Origin: Leucoraja ocellata
Lineage: Eukaryota
Reading direction: 5' to 3'
NCBI GenBank assembly: GCA_036785375.1
Contig: JAWMAR010000138.1
Location: forward strand, 2,480,001 to 2,544,000
DNA length: 64,000 bases
Shown: positions 39,145-50,381 of the stretch, one piece after another
Layout of the letters: each line of letters opens with the position of its first letter
Numbering within the stretch: position 1 is the stretch's first letter
Notes under the pieces: model-generated
What the model was told of the DNA's origin: nothing
Database searches by the model: none
Seen by the model: the letters and a program-made list of their open reading frames with translations, nothing else
Made by a program: the position numbers and the translations under genes

Positions 39145-39535
39145 TGACCATTGCTGACCATGGGTGTCTGCAGGGTGTTATTCCCTATATGGAGGATGCC
39201 TGTGTGTGATTTTATTTAACGTGGGGAAACAGCCACCCTACGGTCCTTGACAGATCTGGATCAGGATCCAGTGGCATGGAATCCAAGATGACTGGAGACC
39301 CTTTTCTGCTGCAGCCTTCATCCGCCTTCCCAGCCGTTGTGAAGCTCCACAAAGGTCAGCCATCATCCTCCGCTTGTTCTACCGTTGAGGTCTTGGTTGG
39401 ATTGCTCTTTGTCAGAGACCTCCCCCTTGACCTTAGCGTATTGGGTGGCCCTACCGTGACCATAGCTCCAGGCGGCATCACTCTCAGGTTCTCAGGTCAC
39501 ATGCTTCTCCACCACGACAAGGGGACAATCCACGG
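39145..39535 (-). mobile_element. RTE (Rex3/Expander/BovB-like) 5'-UTR-derived non-autonomous element
   Basis: Minus strand starts ccttgtcgtggtggag...gagctatg...gtagggccaccca, typical of RTE-clade 5' ends. Confidence 0.55.
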
Positions 39536-39794
39536 AGAATCGCTCCATTCCCTGCATGTCTATGTGCCTATCCAAAAGCCTCTTAAACACCATCATCTTA
39601 TCTGCATCCACCACCACCCCTGGCAGTGTGTTCCAAGCATCCACATGTGTTGAAAGCTTGCTCCCCACATCTCCTATAAACTCACCCCCTCTCATCTGAA
39701 AGCAATGTCCTATAGTATTGGATATTTCCATCCTGGGAAAAAGGTTCTGACTGTCTTCCCCAAGTATTCCTCTCATAATTTTATATACTCTTAT

Positions 39795-40412
39795 CAGATC
39801 TTTCCTGGTCCGAGAACACTAATGCAATCATCAAGAAAGCTCATCAGCGCCTCTACTTCCTGAGAAGATTACGGAGAGTCGGTTTGTCAAGGAAGACTCT
39901 CTCTAACTTCTACAGGTGCACAGTAGAGAGCATGCTGACCGGTTGCATCGTGGCTTGGTTCAGCAACTTGAGCGCCCTGGAGAGGAAAAGAGTACAAAAA
40001 GCAGTAAACACTGCCCAGTCCATCATCGGCTCTGACCTTCCTTCCATCGAGGAGATTTATCGCAGTCGCTGCCTCAAAAAAGCTGGCAGTATCATCAAAG
40101 ACCCACACCATCCTGGCCACACACTCATCTCCCTGCTACCTTCAGGTAGAAGGTACAGGAGCCTGAAGACTGCAACGACCAGGTTCAGGAATAGCTACTT
40201 CCCCACAGCCATCAGGCTATTAAACCTGGCTTGGACAAAACTCTGAACATTAATAACCCATTATTTGTTATTTGCACTTTATCAGTTTATTAATTCATGT
40301 GTTTTGGAGTCAATGCCTGTTATGTTCTGTTGTGCTGAAGCAAAGCAAGAAATTCATTGTCCTATCAGGGACACACGACAATAAACTCTCCTGAACTCTT
40401 GAACTTGAACTT
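39795..40412 (+). mobile_element. Rex1/Babar 3' fragment (same subfamily as 10590-12432)
   Basis: ORF 39884-40246 nearly identical to 11880-12240; (CTTGAA)n tail. Confidence 0.85.
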
Positions 40413-40998
40413 GAGGTCTTCCCTTAGCCTCCAGCATTATGGAGAAAACATTTCTAGTTTGTCCAACCTCTCTTTGTATCTAATACTCTCTATTCCACGC
40501 ATCATCCTGACCTGTTTCTCCCAGTTGTTTTCAGGCAATTGTATCATCCTATCACCAACTAGAGTGCGATTCTGAGCTACTATCAACGTCACCGGTGACC
40601 CTTAGACTAAAGTGGACTTTACTGGACTTTATCTCACACTAAATGTTATTTATTTCATCATATATCTGTACACTGTGGACAGCTTGATTGTAATCATGTA
40701 TAGTCCTTCCAGTGACCTGATAACATGCACCAAAAAAGCTTTTCAATGTGTCTCAGTACATGTGACAATAAACTAAACTAAACTAAACTAGATTTGGGCC
40801 TCGATTGAGTCACTCCAGCATTTTGTGTCTATCAATTCTTGATTGTTGCATGAAACAAACTTCCTCCAGGGATATATCGCTAATTGTATGATATTCGTAC
40901 CTTCTCCATCTCTGTTTTTAAAGTATGAAAATGTGCTTATTGCTGACTGATCACTTGATGCATGCACTGACAATATTTTTGTTTGTGCAATTTTACAG

Positions 40999-41343
40999 GA
41001 CAGTTTGTTTCCCAGTCTCCACGTACCATATATGCAGAAAGAGGAGAATCAGTTTCAATGACCTGTGAAATCACATTTACACATGGAAAGCTAGTGGGCA
41101 CTAATTTACTAAGGAATCCTTTGAACCCAATGGATCTTTGTTATGTCACCGGGACAACTGACTACGTACCTGATACGCATAGTCTTCGTTTGCGTTGCAA
41201 TGGGACACACGATGGAAAAAGGATCAACATTACTCTCAAAAATCTCCAGAAAAACGACACTGATATTTACTATTGTTCTTCTGGGATAGAGAACGGTAGA
41301 TTAGACAACTTCAACTCTGCAGGAACAATACTTTTTGTAACAG
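40999..41343 (+). CDS. CD7: CD7-like receptor exon 2 (IgV domain, CD7/CD28-family type)
   Basis: Acceptor ttttacag|ga, donor acag|gtacgt, phase 1-1. GQFVSQSPRTIYAERGESVSMTC...KLVGTNLLRN...DLCYV...RCNG...INITLKNLQKNDTDIYYC...SAGTILFVT. V-set with no C-strand Trp (as in CD7 GIYLRQ and in CD28) and a J-like G strand. Confidence 0.8.
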
Positions 41344-41464
41344 GTACGTGAGTTTTATGCATCAAATATTCATGCAGTATTATATACTGAAGTAGAGCTG
41401 ATAATTAAAAACTATGTGTGGGAAGCCACTGCAGATGCGGGTTAACATTGAACTATCATAACAT

Positions 41465-42508
41465 ATCTATCTATCTATATACTGTTAAAACTGTGTGTGT
41501 GTGTGTGTGGGTGTGTGGGTGTGTGTCATTTTGCCTTTGAAACGTATCTCCTCGAAAACCAGATGCAAAAATAGGGAGATTTTTACATATTTTGCTAGGG
41601 AATTACCTTATGATTTCAGAAAATGTGGTCAATTATTTCCCCAGATTTTGAATAAAATTGTTCACAAAACTCACTTTAAAAAAAAATAATTGCCGCTTGC
41701 TAGCTGCTGACATCGCGATGCCCACATGCCCACCAATCAAAGCCCACCTGCCTCCTGGCCCCGCCCGCCCACCACTGTGGATTAACGTAGCCGCTGTCAA
41801 TGCGCATGCGCAGTTTTTCACGAGGTATGTTACTCCACGCACCCCCCCCCCCCCCCCTCATTCTTCAAAAGGCGCAGAAGGAATGAGAAAGTTCTGCAGC
41901 AAAGATCCTACAGCTCCGCTCCGCAATAGGATATTTGTTTTGGCAGATCGCAAAGTCAGCAGCACTCACATGCTGAAGAAGGTTCTCTTCCCAGAGAAAG
42001 CAGAGAGAAGAGGGAGGAGGAGAGGGAGGAGAGGGAGGAGAGGAGGGGAGAGGGAGGGGGGGGAGGGGACCCTCCCTCTCTGCCCCCCCCCCTCCCTCTT
42101 TACCCCCCCTCCCTCTCTGCCCTCCGTTTCCTCTCTGCCCTCCCTTCCTCTCTGCCCCCCTCCCTCTCTAGGGAGTGGTGAATGTTGGGACCTATGGGTG
42201 AGTGGTGGAGTATTGCGTTTGGGAACCAGCCCTCCCCTGTGATGCCGTGCCCTCCCAGCCCCAAATCCATACCCCTTCCCCTTCCCTCCACCACCCCCCC
42301 TCTCTAGACACGACTGCGCAGTTAGGGGTTATGCATGAGTGGATAGGGCGGGGCATGGGGTATAAGGAGCAAATTAATATTAATATAATATCAACATGTG
42401 TGTGTGTGTTTGTGTGTGTGAAATGGGGGAAACGAGGAGTTATATTAGAATGTGGGTGAAGTGTGTATTGGTTTATTTGTGTGGTGGTTGGTGTGTGTGT
42501 GTGTGTGT

Positions 42509-42562
<54 letters not shown>

Positions 42563-43915
42563 GTATGTCATTTTGCCTGTGAAACATATCTCCTCGAAAC
42601 CAGACGCCGAAACAGAGACATTTTTACATATTTCAGTAGAGATTTTGGGCAGTAGAGAATCTGTCATTTGGTACATTATTTTCCCGGCTTTTTTATTAAA
42701 ATTGGTGACCAACCTGACCTTTTCATTTAATCTGACCACTGCCCAGTTGCTGACGTTACAATAACAGTGAAATGTTTACACCTTCTGGTAGAAATTTCCC
42801 TCATGATTTCAAAAATCCAATCCTCTATAAATGTGGTCAATTACTTTCCGAGATACCTCTCTCCCCCCTCCGTCTCTCCCTCTCTGTCACTCTCCCCCCT
42901 CTCTCTCCTCCATCTCTCTCTTCCCATCTATCTCTCTCCCTCCCCNNNNNNNNNNNNNNNNNNNNNNNNNNNNNNNNNNNNNNNNNNNNNNNNNNNNNNN
43001 NNNNNNNNNNNNNNNNNNNNNNNNNNNNNNNNNNNNNNNNNNNNNNNNNNNNNNNNNNNNNNNNNNNNNNNNNNNNNNNNNCTCTCTCCCTCTCCCCCTC
43101 TCTCTTTCCCCTCTCTCTCTCTTCCCCCTATCTCTCCCCCACCTCTNNNNNNNNNNNNNNNNNNNNNNNNNNNNNNNNNNNNNNNNNNNNNNNNNNNNNN
43201 NNNNNNNNNNNNNNNNNNNNNNNNNNNNNNNNNNNNNNNNNNNNNNNNNNNNNNNNNNNNNNNNNNNNNNNNNNNNNNNNNNNNNNNNNNNNNNNNNNNN
43301 NNNNNNNNNNNNNNNNNCTGCCCTCCACACCCTCCCCTCCACCCCTCCCCTACCCCCTTCCTCCCACCTCTTCCCCATCCATTACCCACCATCTCTCCCC
43401 CTCCCTTCCTCCCCCTCCCTTCCCCCACCTCTCCCCCTTCCTTCCCCCTCTCCCCTTCCCTTCTCCCCTCTCAGCCCCCCTCTCTCTCCCCCCTGTCTCT
43501 CTCTCCTCTCTCTCCTCCCAACCGCTGCCCAGCTGCTGACGTCACAATGCCCTTGCTCGAGGCCCCCCTGTCTCCTGGCCCGTCCTGCTTCTGGATTAAA
43601 GCAGATGTTGTCACCGTGCATGCGCACTGCTTTCACGAGTTACGTTACCCCCCCCCCATTCTTCAAAAGGCGCAGAAAAATCGAGTGTTCTGCAGATCCG
43701 AGGTCACCGGAGGTCACCGGCGCTCAACGCTCAGCTGAAGAACTTTCTCCTCGCGGCCTGCCCCAGGTTTCCCTATAGTCGAGCCTGTCTCTTTCTCTCT
43801 CTCCCCAGTGCAGTGAGTAAAGTCTTCCCGCCTCAAAAGCCACGATCGGCCGGCCCTTTGCTGCCATCGATCGTCCGCCCGCTCCAGCTTTGTTTCCAAT
43901 CATTTATAAAACACT
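41465..43915 (+). repeat. Dimeric, microsatellite-rich non-autonomous element (possibly Helitron-like) spanning two assembly gaps
   Basis: Blocks at 41527-41880 recur at 42567-42840 and 43520-43680 (tgtcattttgcct.tgaaac.tatctcctcgaaa; gcatgcgca...cattcttcaaaaggcgcagaa). TCTATAT start, (GT)n and polypyrimidine tracts. Confidence 0.5.
42946..43317. other. Assembly gaps (N runs 42946-43081 and 43147-43317) within a polypyrimidine tract
   Basis: N bases in the sequence. Confidence 0.99.
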
Positions 43916-45286
43916 AATCATAGAGTCTTCCAGCATAGAAACAGCCCCCTTGGCCCAACTTGCTCGCACCGGTCAACATGTGCCATCTGCACTAGTCCCA
44001 CCTTGCCTGCTTTTGCCCCATATCCATCTAAACCTGTGTTATGCAATTACCTGTTTTAATATTTCTTAACAGGTATCCAAAATATCAATTCCATTGTTTC
44101 TAATTATCTCTTCCCAGGGGAATAAATTAACGGCTTGTTACTCAACATATTTGATTTCACTTTTCTGACTGAAAAATGAAGTTGTGGCAATTGCATTTTA
44201 AGTGCCGTTTTATACTGAATTCATAATAAAATCCCTTCCAGAATGTAGTAAGAGACAGCAGAGTAGAGGCAAAACGAATTGGAGATGCTGGAATCTTGAG
44301 TAAAATACAAAGTTCTGGAGTAACACTAGTCAGGCAGCATCTCTGGAAAGAATGGATTGGCGACATTTTGGGTTGGGACTGTTCTTCAGCCTATCCTTTG
44401 ATTCCACAGATGCTGCCTGACCCACTACTCCAGAATTTTGTGCTTTATTCAGAGGTCAGCAGAAGTCGTGTTGCCTTTGCGCGGCATATTGCTTGAAGAG
44501 TGTATAAATGCTGGAGTAACTCAGCAGGACAGGCAGCATCTCCGGAGAAGAGGTTACTATAATCAAAGTAGACATGCCAAAGGAAAAACTGTATTATATA
44601 GTCCCCTCTTTATTCAAGTGAGATTGGATAAACCCAGCAACTTGGGTGCCAGTGGGATAATTTCTTATTATTGTGGTCTGTTCTATTCGATCATATGACC
44701 AACACCTTTGGTTAGTTTAGAGATACAGGATGTTTTGAGTCCACGTCACCCATCAATTGTCTTTTCAAACTAGATCTATGTTATACCACATTCTCAATCA
44801 CTCCTTACACATTTGGGAGATTTAGAGGCTAATGAACCTACAAAGTTGCACGTCCTTGGAGTGTGGGAAGGAACATGTGTCCATTCTCCATGTCAGAATG
44901 GCAAGTGAAAAGATTCTTGGTTCAACACCCATTTCCGAGAGACTTAAGCAGATAGATTGTGCCTAAGTCTTTAATAATGTATTTCTGGGAGGTCCGTTGG
45001 ATAAGGTGTTAAAATGCCGTTCCATCTGCCCACTCAGCAGGACATAAATTTCCCAGACCACTATTTGACCGATATATACCCCCAAACTAAAATTCAATAC
45101 ATTACGATGAAGTTTCCAGGACTTGATATTTACAAGACCTGGCAACATCCTCGTAAATCTTTTCTGGACACTTTCCAGCTTAACGACGTTGTTCCTATAA
45201 CAGGGTGACCAAAACTGAACACAGTACTCTAACTGTGGCCTCACCAATGTCTTGGACAGCTGTAACATATCCTCCCAACTTATATA

Positions 45287-45479
45287 TTCGATGGTACACA
45301 AAAAAGCTGGAGAAACTCAGCGGGTGCAGCAGCATCTATGGAGCGAAGGAAATAGGCAACGTTTCGGCCCGAAACGTTGCCTATTTCCTTCGCTCCACAG
45401 ATGCTGCTGCACCCGCTGAATTTCTCCAGCTTTTTTGTGTACCTTCGATTCTCCAGCATCTGCAGTTCCTTCTTAAACA
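45287..45479. repeat. Palindromic Penelope-pLTR-derived mini-element (about 160-bp hairpin) inserted in a CR1 remnant; related copies at about 6165-6390, 32680-32870, 33505-33665, 45655-45850, 50130-50335 and others
   Basis: ggtacacaaaaaagctggagaaactcagcggg...gtttcgg-c-ccgaaac...cccgctgaatttctccagcttttttgtgtacc; ttatata on both flanks. Confidence 0.8.
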
Positions 45480-46872
45480 TTTATATACTCGATGCTCTGA
45501 CTGATGAAGGCTAATGTGCTGAAAGCCTTCTTGATAACCTTGTGATGCCACTTTCAAGGAACATTGTACCTGTAATCCCAGATCCCTCTGCTCCACAACA
45601 CGCCAAAGGGCCTTGCCATTCACTGTTGGTTCTGCCCTGGTTTGAATTCCAAAGATAGACATAATTGCTGGAGTAACTCAGCGGGACAGGCAGCATCTCT
45701 GGATTGAAGGAAAGGGCGACGTTTCGGGTCTAGACCCTTCTTCAGATAGTCTCCCAAGGGTCTCGACCCAAAATGTCACCCATTCCTTCCAACCAGGGAT
45801 GCTGCCTGTCCTGCTGAGTTACTCCAGCATTTTGTGTCTATCTTCAGTATTCGCAGTTCCTTCCTACACACTTGAGTTCCAGAGATGCTGTCTGAGTTCT
45901 TCCAGCATTTTGTGTTTGTTGAAGATTGCAGCATCTGCAGTTCCGCCTGCTTCCATACTTACACTTGTTAGATTCTCATGCTTTGAAATGTGATCCATTT
46001 TGTGTGAACTTTGAAAACTACCTGTGGTGCTTGGAAACCGCCACTGCATCGAACTGCCTCTATATTGTGGGATGAAACTTCTGAGGGGTTATGCCTTATT
46101 CCTTATGCCTTATCCTAATGCCTTATAAACCAATCTGCTGGATCTGTAAACAGTTTTGTTTTTCCTCCCTAAACGCTTGTAAACTTGAGCTTATATACCT
46201 TTTTTCAAAAAATATTTGTGATTTAGTTATCAAAATCCTTGCTAATTTTCAATGTGCAATTTAGTAGCTCAAGCATGCTGACCTCATGTTTAAAGGTCTT
46301 TGTTCAAGATCCTTAGAATTACTTCTTTGAAGAGTTCATGCGTTCATGTTATAGGAGCAGAGTTAGGCCATTCAGCCCATCAAGTCTACTCTGCCATTCA
46401 ATCATGGCTGATCTATCTTTCTCTCTCAACCCCATTCTCCAGCCTTCCCCCAAAAACCCCTGACACCCGCACTAATCAAGAACCTGCCAATCTCCACCTT
46501 AAAAAGATCCATTGACTTGACCCACCACAGTCATCTGTGGCAAAAAATGCACAGATTCACCGCCCTCTGACTAAATAAATTCCTCCTCATCTCCTTTCTA
46601 AATGTACGCCCTCTTATTCTTAACGGCTGTGTCCTCTGCTCCCACACCTTCATACTAGTGGAAACATCATCTTCATGCCCACTCTATCCAGTTCATGAGA
46701 TAAACACTGACGGTTAATGTAGCGAATGGTATTTTGCCACCAGACACAAATATTCCATCCTATAAGTCATGTTTCATCTTTTTTAAGGAGTTTGTGAACA
46801 TTTTATGAGAAGTTGATGATGTAATGGACAAATTAAGACATACGTATATGTTTTTATATTTTATCTTCTCAG

Positions 46873-47003
46873 ACGAAACCAAGCATAACTGTGCCACAGA
46901 AGAAAAGTGCACATTTGCTGTTTTTAAGGATCCGCTGATGATTGCAATGATTATTCTTGCCGTTGCTAGCTTCCTTTGTGCACTGGTTCTGTTAATTCGA
47001 CAT
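46873..47003 (+). CDS. CD7: CD7-like receptor exon 3 (Cys-containing stalk + TM)
   Basis: Acceptor ttctcag|ac, donor cat|gtaagt, phase 1-0. Encodes DETKHNCATEEKCTFAVFKD-PLMIAMIILAVASFLCALVLLI-RH. Confidence 0.78.
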
Positions 47004-47112
47004 GTAAGTTTCTAATTTATATTCATCGAATATTATGCCTTGAAATATAAAAAACATAACAAGATTATTAAACTGATTGAAGAAATTGATTTGAGGGCAG
47101 CACTGTGGCGCA

Positions 47113-47660
47113 AGGCAAGGCAACTTTATATATATATAGCACATTTCATACACGAGGCAGACTCAAAGTGCTTCACATAAAAACAGGTCATACAATAAAA
47201 TGAAATAATAAAATGAAATAAAATAGAAGAATTAAAAGAAAAGAAAAGCAAAATTAAAAATGCATTATAAAAAGTGCAAAAGTTATAAGTGCAATGGAGT
47301 TAAGATTTAGCTGAAAGCTAAAGTAAACATAAAAGTTTTCAGTCTTGTTTTAAAAGTGGTCAAAGTTGGGGCAAGTCTTAAATCTTCAGGAAGTTTATTC
47401 CAGCTATTTGTTGCATAGTAACTAAATCCTGCTTTCCCGTGTTTTGTATTTACTCTGGGAATCACCAACAGATTGGTTTCATAAGATCTTAGCGGTATAG
47501 AAGGCTTATATAGTGGAAGCATGTCAGTGATATACTTTGGTCCTAAACCATGTAGTGATTTATAGGTGAGCAGCAGGATTTTGAAATCAATTTTCTGACA
47601 TACAGGGAGCTAATGTAAGGATTTAAGATTTGGTGTAATGTGTTCAAATTTTTTTTGAAC
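47113..47660 (-). mobile_element. L2-clade LINE 3' fragment inserted in a SINE head
   Basis: YKPSIPLRS...LLVIPRVNTKHGKAGFSYYATNSWNKLPEDLRLAPTLTTFKTRLKTFMF; (CCTTG)n tail; tggcgca duplicated at 47106-47112 and 47683-47689. Confidence 0.8.
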
Positions 47661-49871
47661 ACATTACACAAACCCGGGTCTCTGGCGCAGCAGATAGAGC
47701 CACTGCCTCACAGCGCCAGAGACCCAGGTTCGATCCTGTCTCTGTCAGCATGTGATCCATATCCCTGCATGTCTATATGCCCATCTAAATGCCTCTTAAA
47801 TGTCGCTATGGGTGTACATGGGAGTGGGCAAGAGATGGTTGGTGCTCTGAGGCGCAACAGACTGCAGATGCTGGAATCTGATGGATGGAAAGGAGAACAG
47901 CTGGAGGAACTCAGCCGGTCAGGCAGCATCTGTGGAAGGAAATAGGCAGCCCGGGTGAAGTGTCCTGACTCGAAACACCGACCAGCAATTGATGCATTTG
48001 ATGGTTTTAGATATAAAGGGAGGATGGGCAAACTTGGACTGTTTATTTCTGGAACTTTGGGTGTTGAGGTGAGAACTGCTGGGAGTACATAAAATTATGA
48101 GAGGCATAGATAGACAGTCTGACAGTCAGAACCTTTATTCCCAGGGTGGAAATGTCAAAGACGAGTGGGTACAGTTTAAAGGCGAGGGTGGCAAAGCTTA
48201 AAGGAGATGTGCGAGGCACATGTTTTACAGAGTGGGGTGAGTGCTTGGAATGTGTTGTCAAGCGTGATGTCGGAGGCAGATATGATAGTGGCCTTTAAGA
48301 GCCTTTAACATAGGAATGTGGATAGGCAGGGAGTGGAGGAATATGGATCACTGATCAATTGTAATCATGTGTAGTCTTTACCCTGGCTGGCTAGCACGTG
48401 GCAAAAAGCTTTTCACTGGACCTCGGTACATGTGACAATTAACAAAACTAAACTGAACTAAATTAAATGTGCTGGCAGAGGAAATTAGTTGAACTTGGCA
48501 TCAAATTTGGCATGGACATTGTGGGGTGAATATTCCTGTGCTGCACTGTTCTGCGTTCTTCCCTTCCAAGTTACAATCCACCCTGATTTGGGGAATTAGT
48601 GTTATTCCAGCTTCATTGCTAGCTGTAAACCTTGGACCCTCTCTGCCCAACAACACCATGGGATTACTTATGGAATGCATTTCGTTGTCTCTGTACTGTA
48701 CACTGACAATGACAATAAATTGAATCATTTCATTTCAATTTTTTTTATATAGATTCTCTAACTCAGGAAGCAGACCCACTACGATCAGCCATGATCACAA
48801 TGAATGGCGGTGCTGGCTCGAAGGGCCAAATGGCCTCCTCCTGCACCTATTCTCTATGTTTCTATGACTTGTTAGGGGTATTAACAGCATGTATGTCCAC
48901 TATTCACCTTTCCAAAATTAATTAGGGGAATTGATAGGATAAATGCACAGTTTTTATACCCTGAGGAACCGGGGGGTTTAAGGCGAGGGGACAAGATGTA
49001 AAGGAACGTGAGGGACAACTTTTTCACTCAGTGGGTGTATGGAATGAGATGCCAGAGGGGGTAGTTGAGGCAGATTTAATAACAGCATTATAAAGCACTT
49101 GGACAGGTACAAGGAAATGAGGAGAACATTTTTCACACAGAGAGTGGTGAATCTCTGGAACTCTCTGCCACAGAAGGTAGTTGAGGCCACACAGTTCATT
49201 GGCTGTATTTAAGAGGGAGTTAGATGTGGCCCTTGTGGCCAAGGGGATCAGAGGGTATGGAGAGAAGGCAGGTACGAGATACTGAGTTGATGATCAGCCA
49301 TGATCATATTGAATGGCGGTGCAGGCTCGAAGGGCCGAATGGCCTACTCCTGCACCTAATTTCTATGTTTCTATGTTTCTATGAAAGGAAAGGTTTAATG
49401 GGATATGGCCAAATGTGGGCAAATGGGACTCGCTTACATGGGACACTTGGTGTTAGCATGGATGAGTTGGGCTGAAAGGCCTGTTTCCATGCTGTATGCC
49501 TCGATGACTGTAAAGACATTTGCTAGAATTCTGAAGGCTCTCAGGCTGAAGAAGGATCTCAACCCAAAACATCACCTGTTCTTTTTCTCCAGAGTTGCTG
49601 CGTGACCGTTGAGTTCCTCCAGCTTCGGTTTAAACCAGCATCTGCAGTTCCGTCCTTCTTTGATAGAATTCTCTCTTGTAACTTTGCAAGAAGCGAGATA
49701 TGAATAGACAATCTGGCAGAAGATGGCCTATCATTGCGCAAATAATGCCAACCAATATTGATTCCAACGACCATTATGCTTAATTAGGATTAACAAGAGT
49801 GCAAGAAAGTCTGTGTTGAAAGTTGTAAATTTAGAGAAAAAATAACGTTTAAAAATTGTCTTAATTTTTAG

Positions 49872-49973
49872 GGGAAAAATCACTATCAAGAGGCCGAATC
49901 TCAACGAAAACGAGTTCCAAATTCAGTGTATGAAGATATGAACTTGGTACGATCGCAAAGTATGGCTCGTTAG
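49872..49973 (+). CDS. CD7: CD7-like receptor exon 4 (cytoplasmic tail with YEDM, stop)
   Basis: Acceptor ttttag|ggg, phase 0. Encodes GKNHYQEAESQRKRVPNSVYEDMNLVRSQSMAR*. VYEDM is the CD7 tail YxxM motif. The four exons total 636 nt, i.e. 211 aa plus stop. Confidence 0.78.
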   Translation, partial: GKNHYQEAESQRKRVPNSVYEDMNLVRSQSMAR

Positions 49974-50381
49974 TGGTCAAGTAAAATGAGCCTTAAACAT
50001 TTGATTCAATTATCTATGAAAGGTAAAATGCAACATCAAAGTAGGATAGGACCTGATGGAATCTGCAAAGTTCTTAATCATTTTCTTCACTGTTTTGTTT
50101 CTGTGACGTAAACTTTTATGGAGTAAGATGGAATGCTGAAATCTTGAGCAAAACACAAGATGCTGGAATAAATCAGCGGGTCAGGCAGCATCTGTGGAGG
50201 GAATGTACAGGGGATGTTTTGGGTCAGGAACTCTTGATCAGTCTTAAGAATGGTTCCAAACCGAAACGCTCCCTCTCCATAGTCTCCAAAGATGCTGCCT
50301 GATCTGCTGAGTTACTCCAGCACTTTGTGTTTTGCTGTGGTATAAATTGGGTGTGTTTTAACAGAACATCATGTATATAAT

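Noticed and set aside
40999-41343. Rearranging TCR/Ig V segment
   Set aside because: The G strand is germline-joined, the exon ends in a splice donor, there is no RSS and no conserved Trp, and TM and tail exons follow.
41658-42764. ORFs rich in Pro/Arg/His-Thr/Cys-Val
   Set aside because: Translations of (GT)n and GA/CT-rich microsatellites inside a repeat.
42767-43778. Long ORFs of 255-323 aa
   Set aside because: Artefacts of N runs and low-complexity polypyrimidine sequence.
34094-49973. True CD28/CTLA4 ortholog
   Set aside because: No MYPPPY-like FG loop, and the YEDM tail and N-terminus fit CD7 better. Kept as CD7-like with CD28 features.
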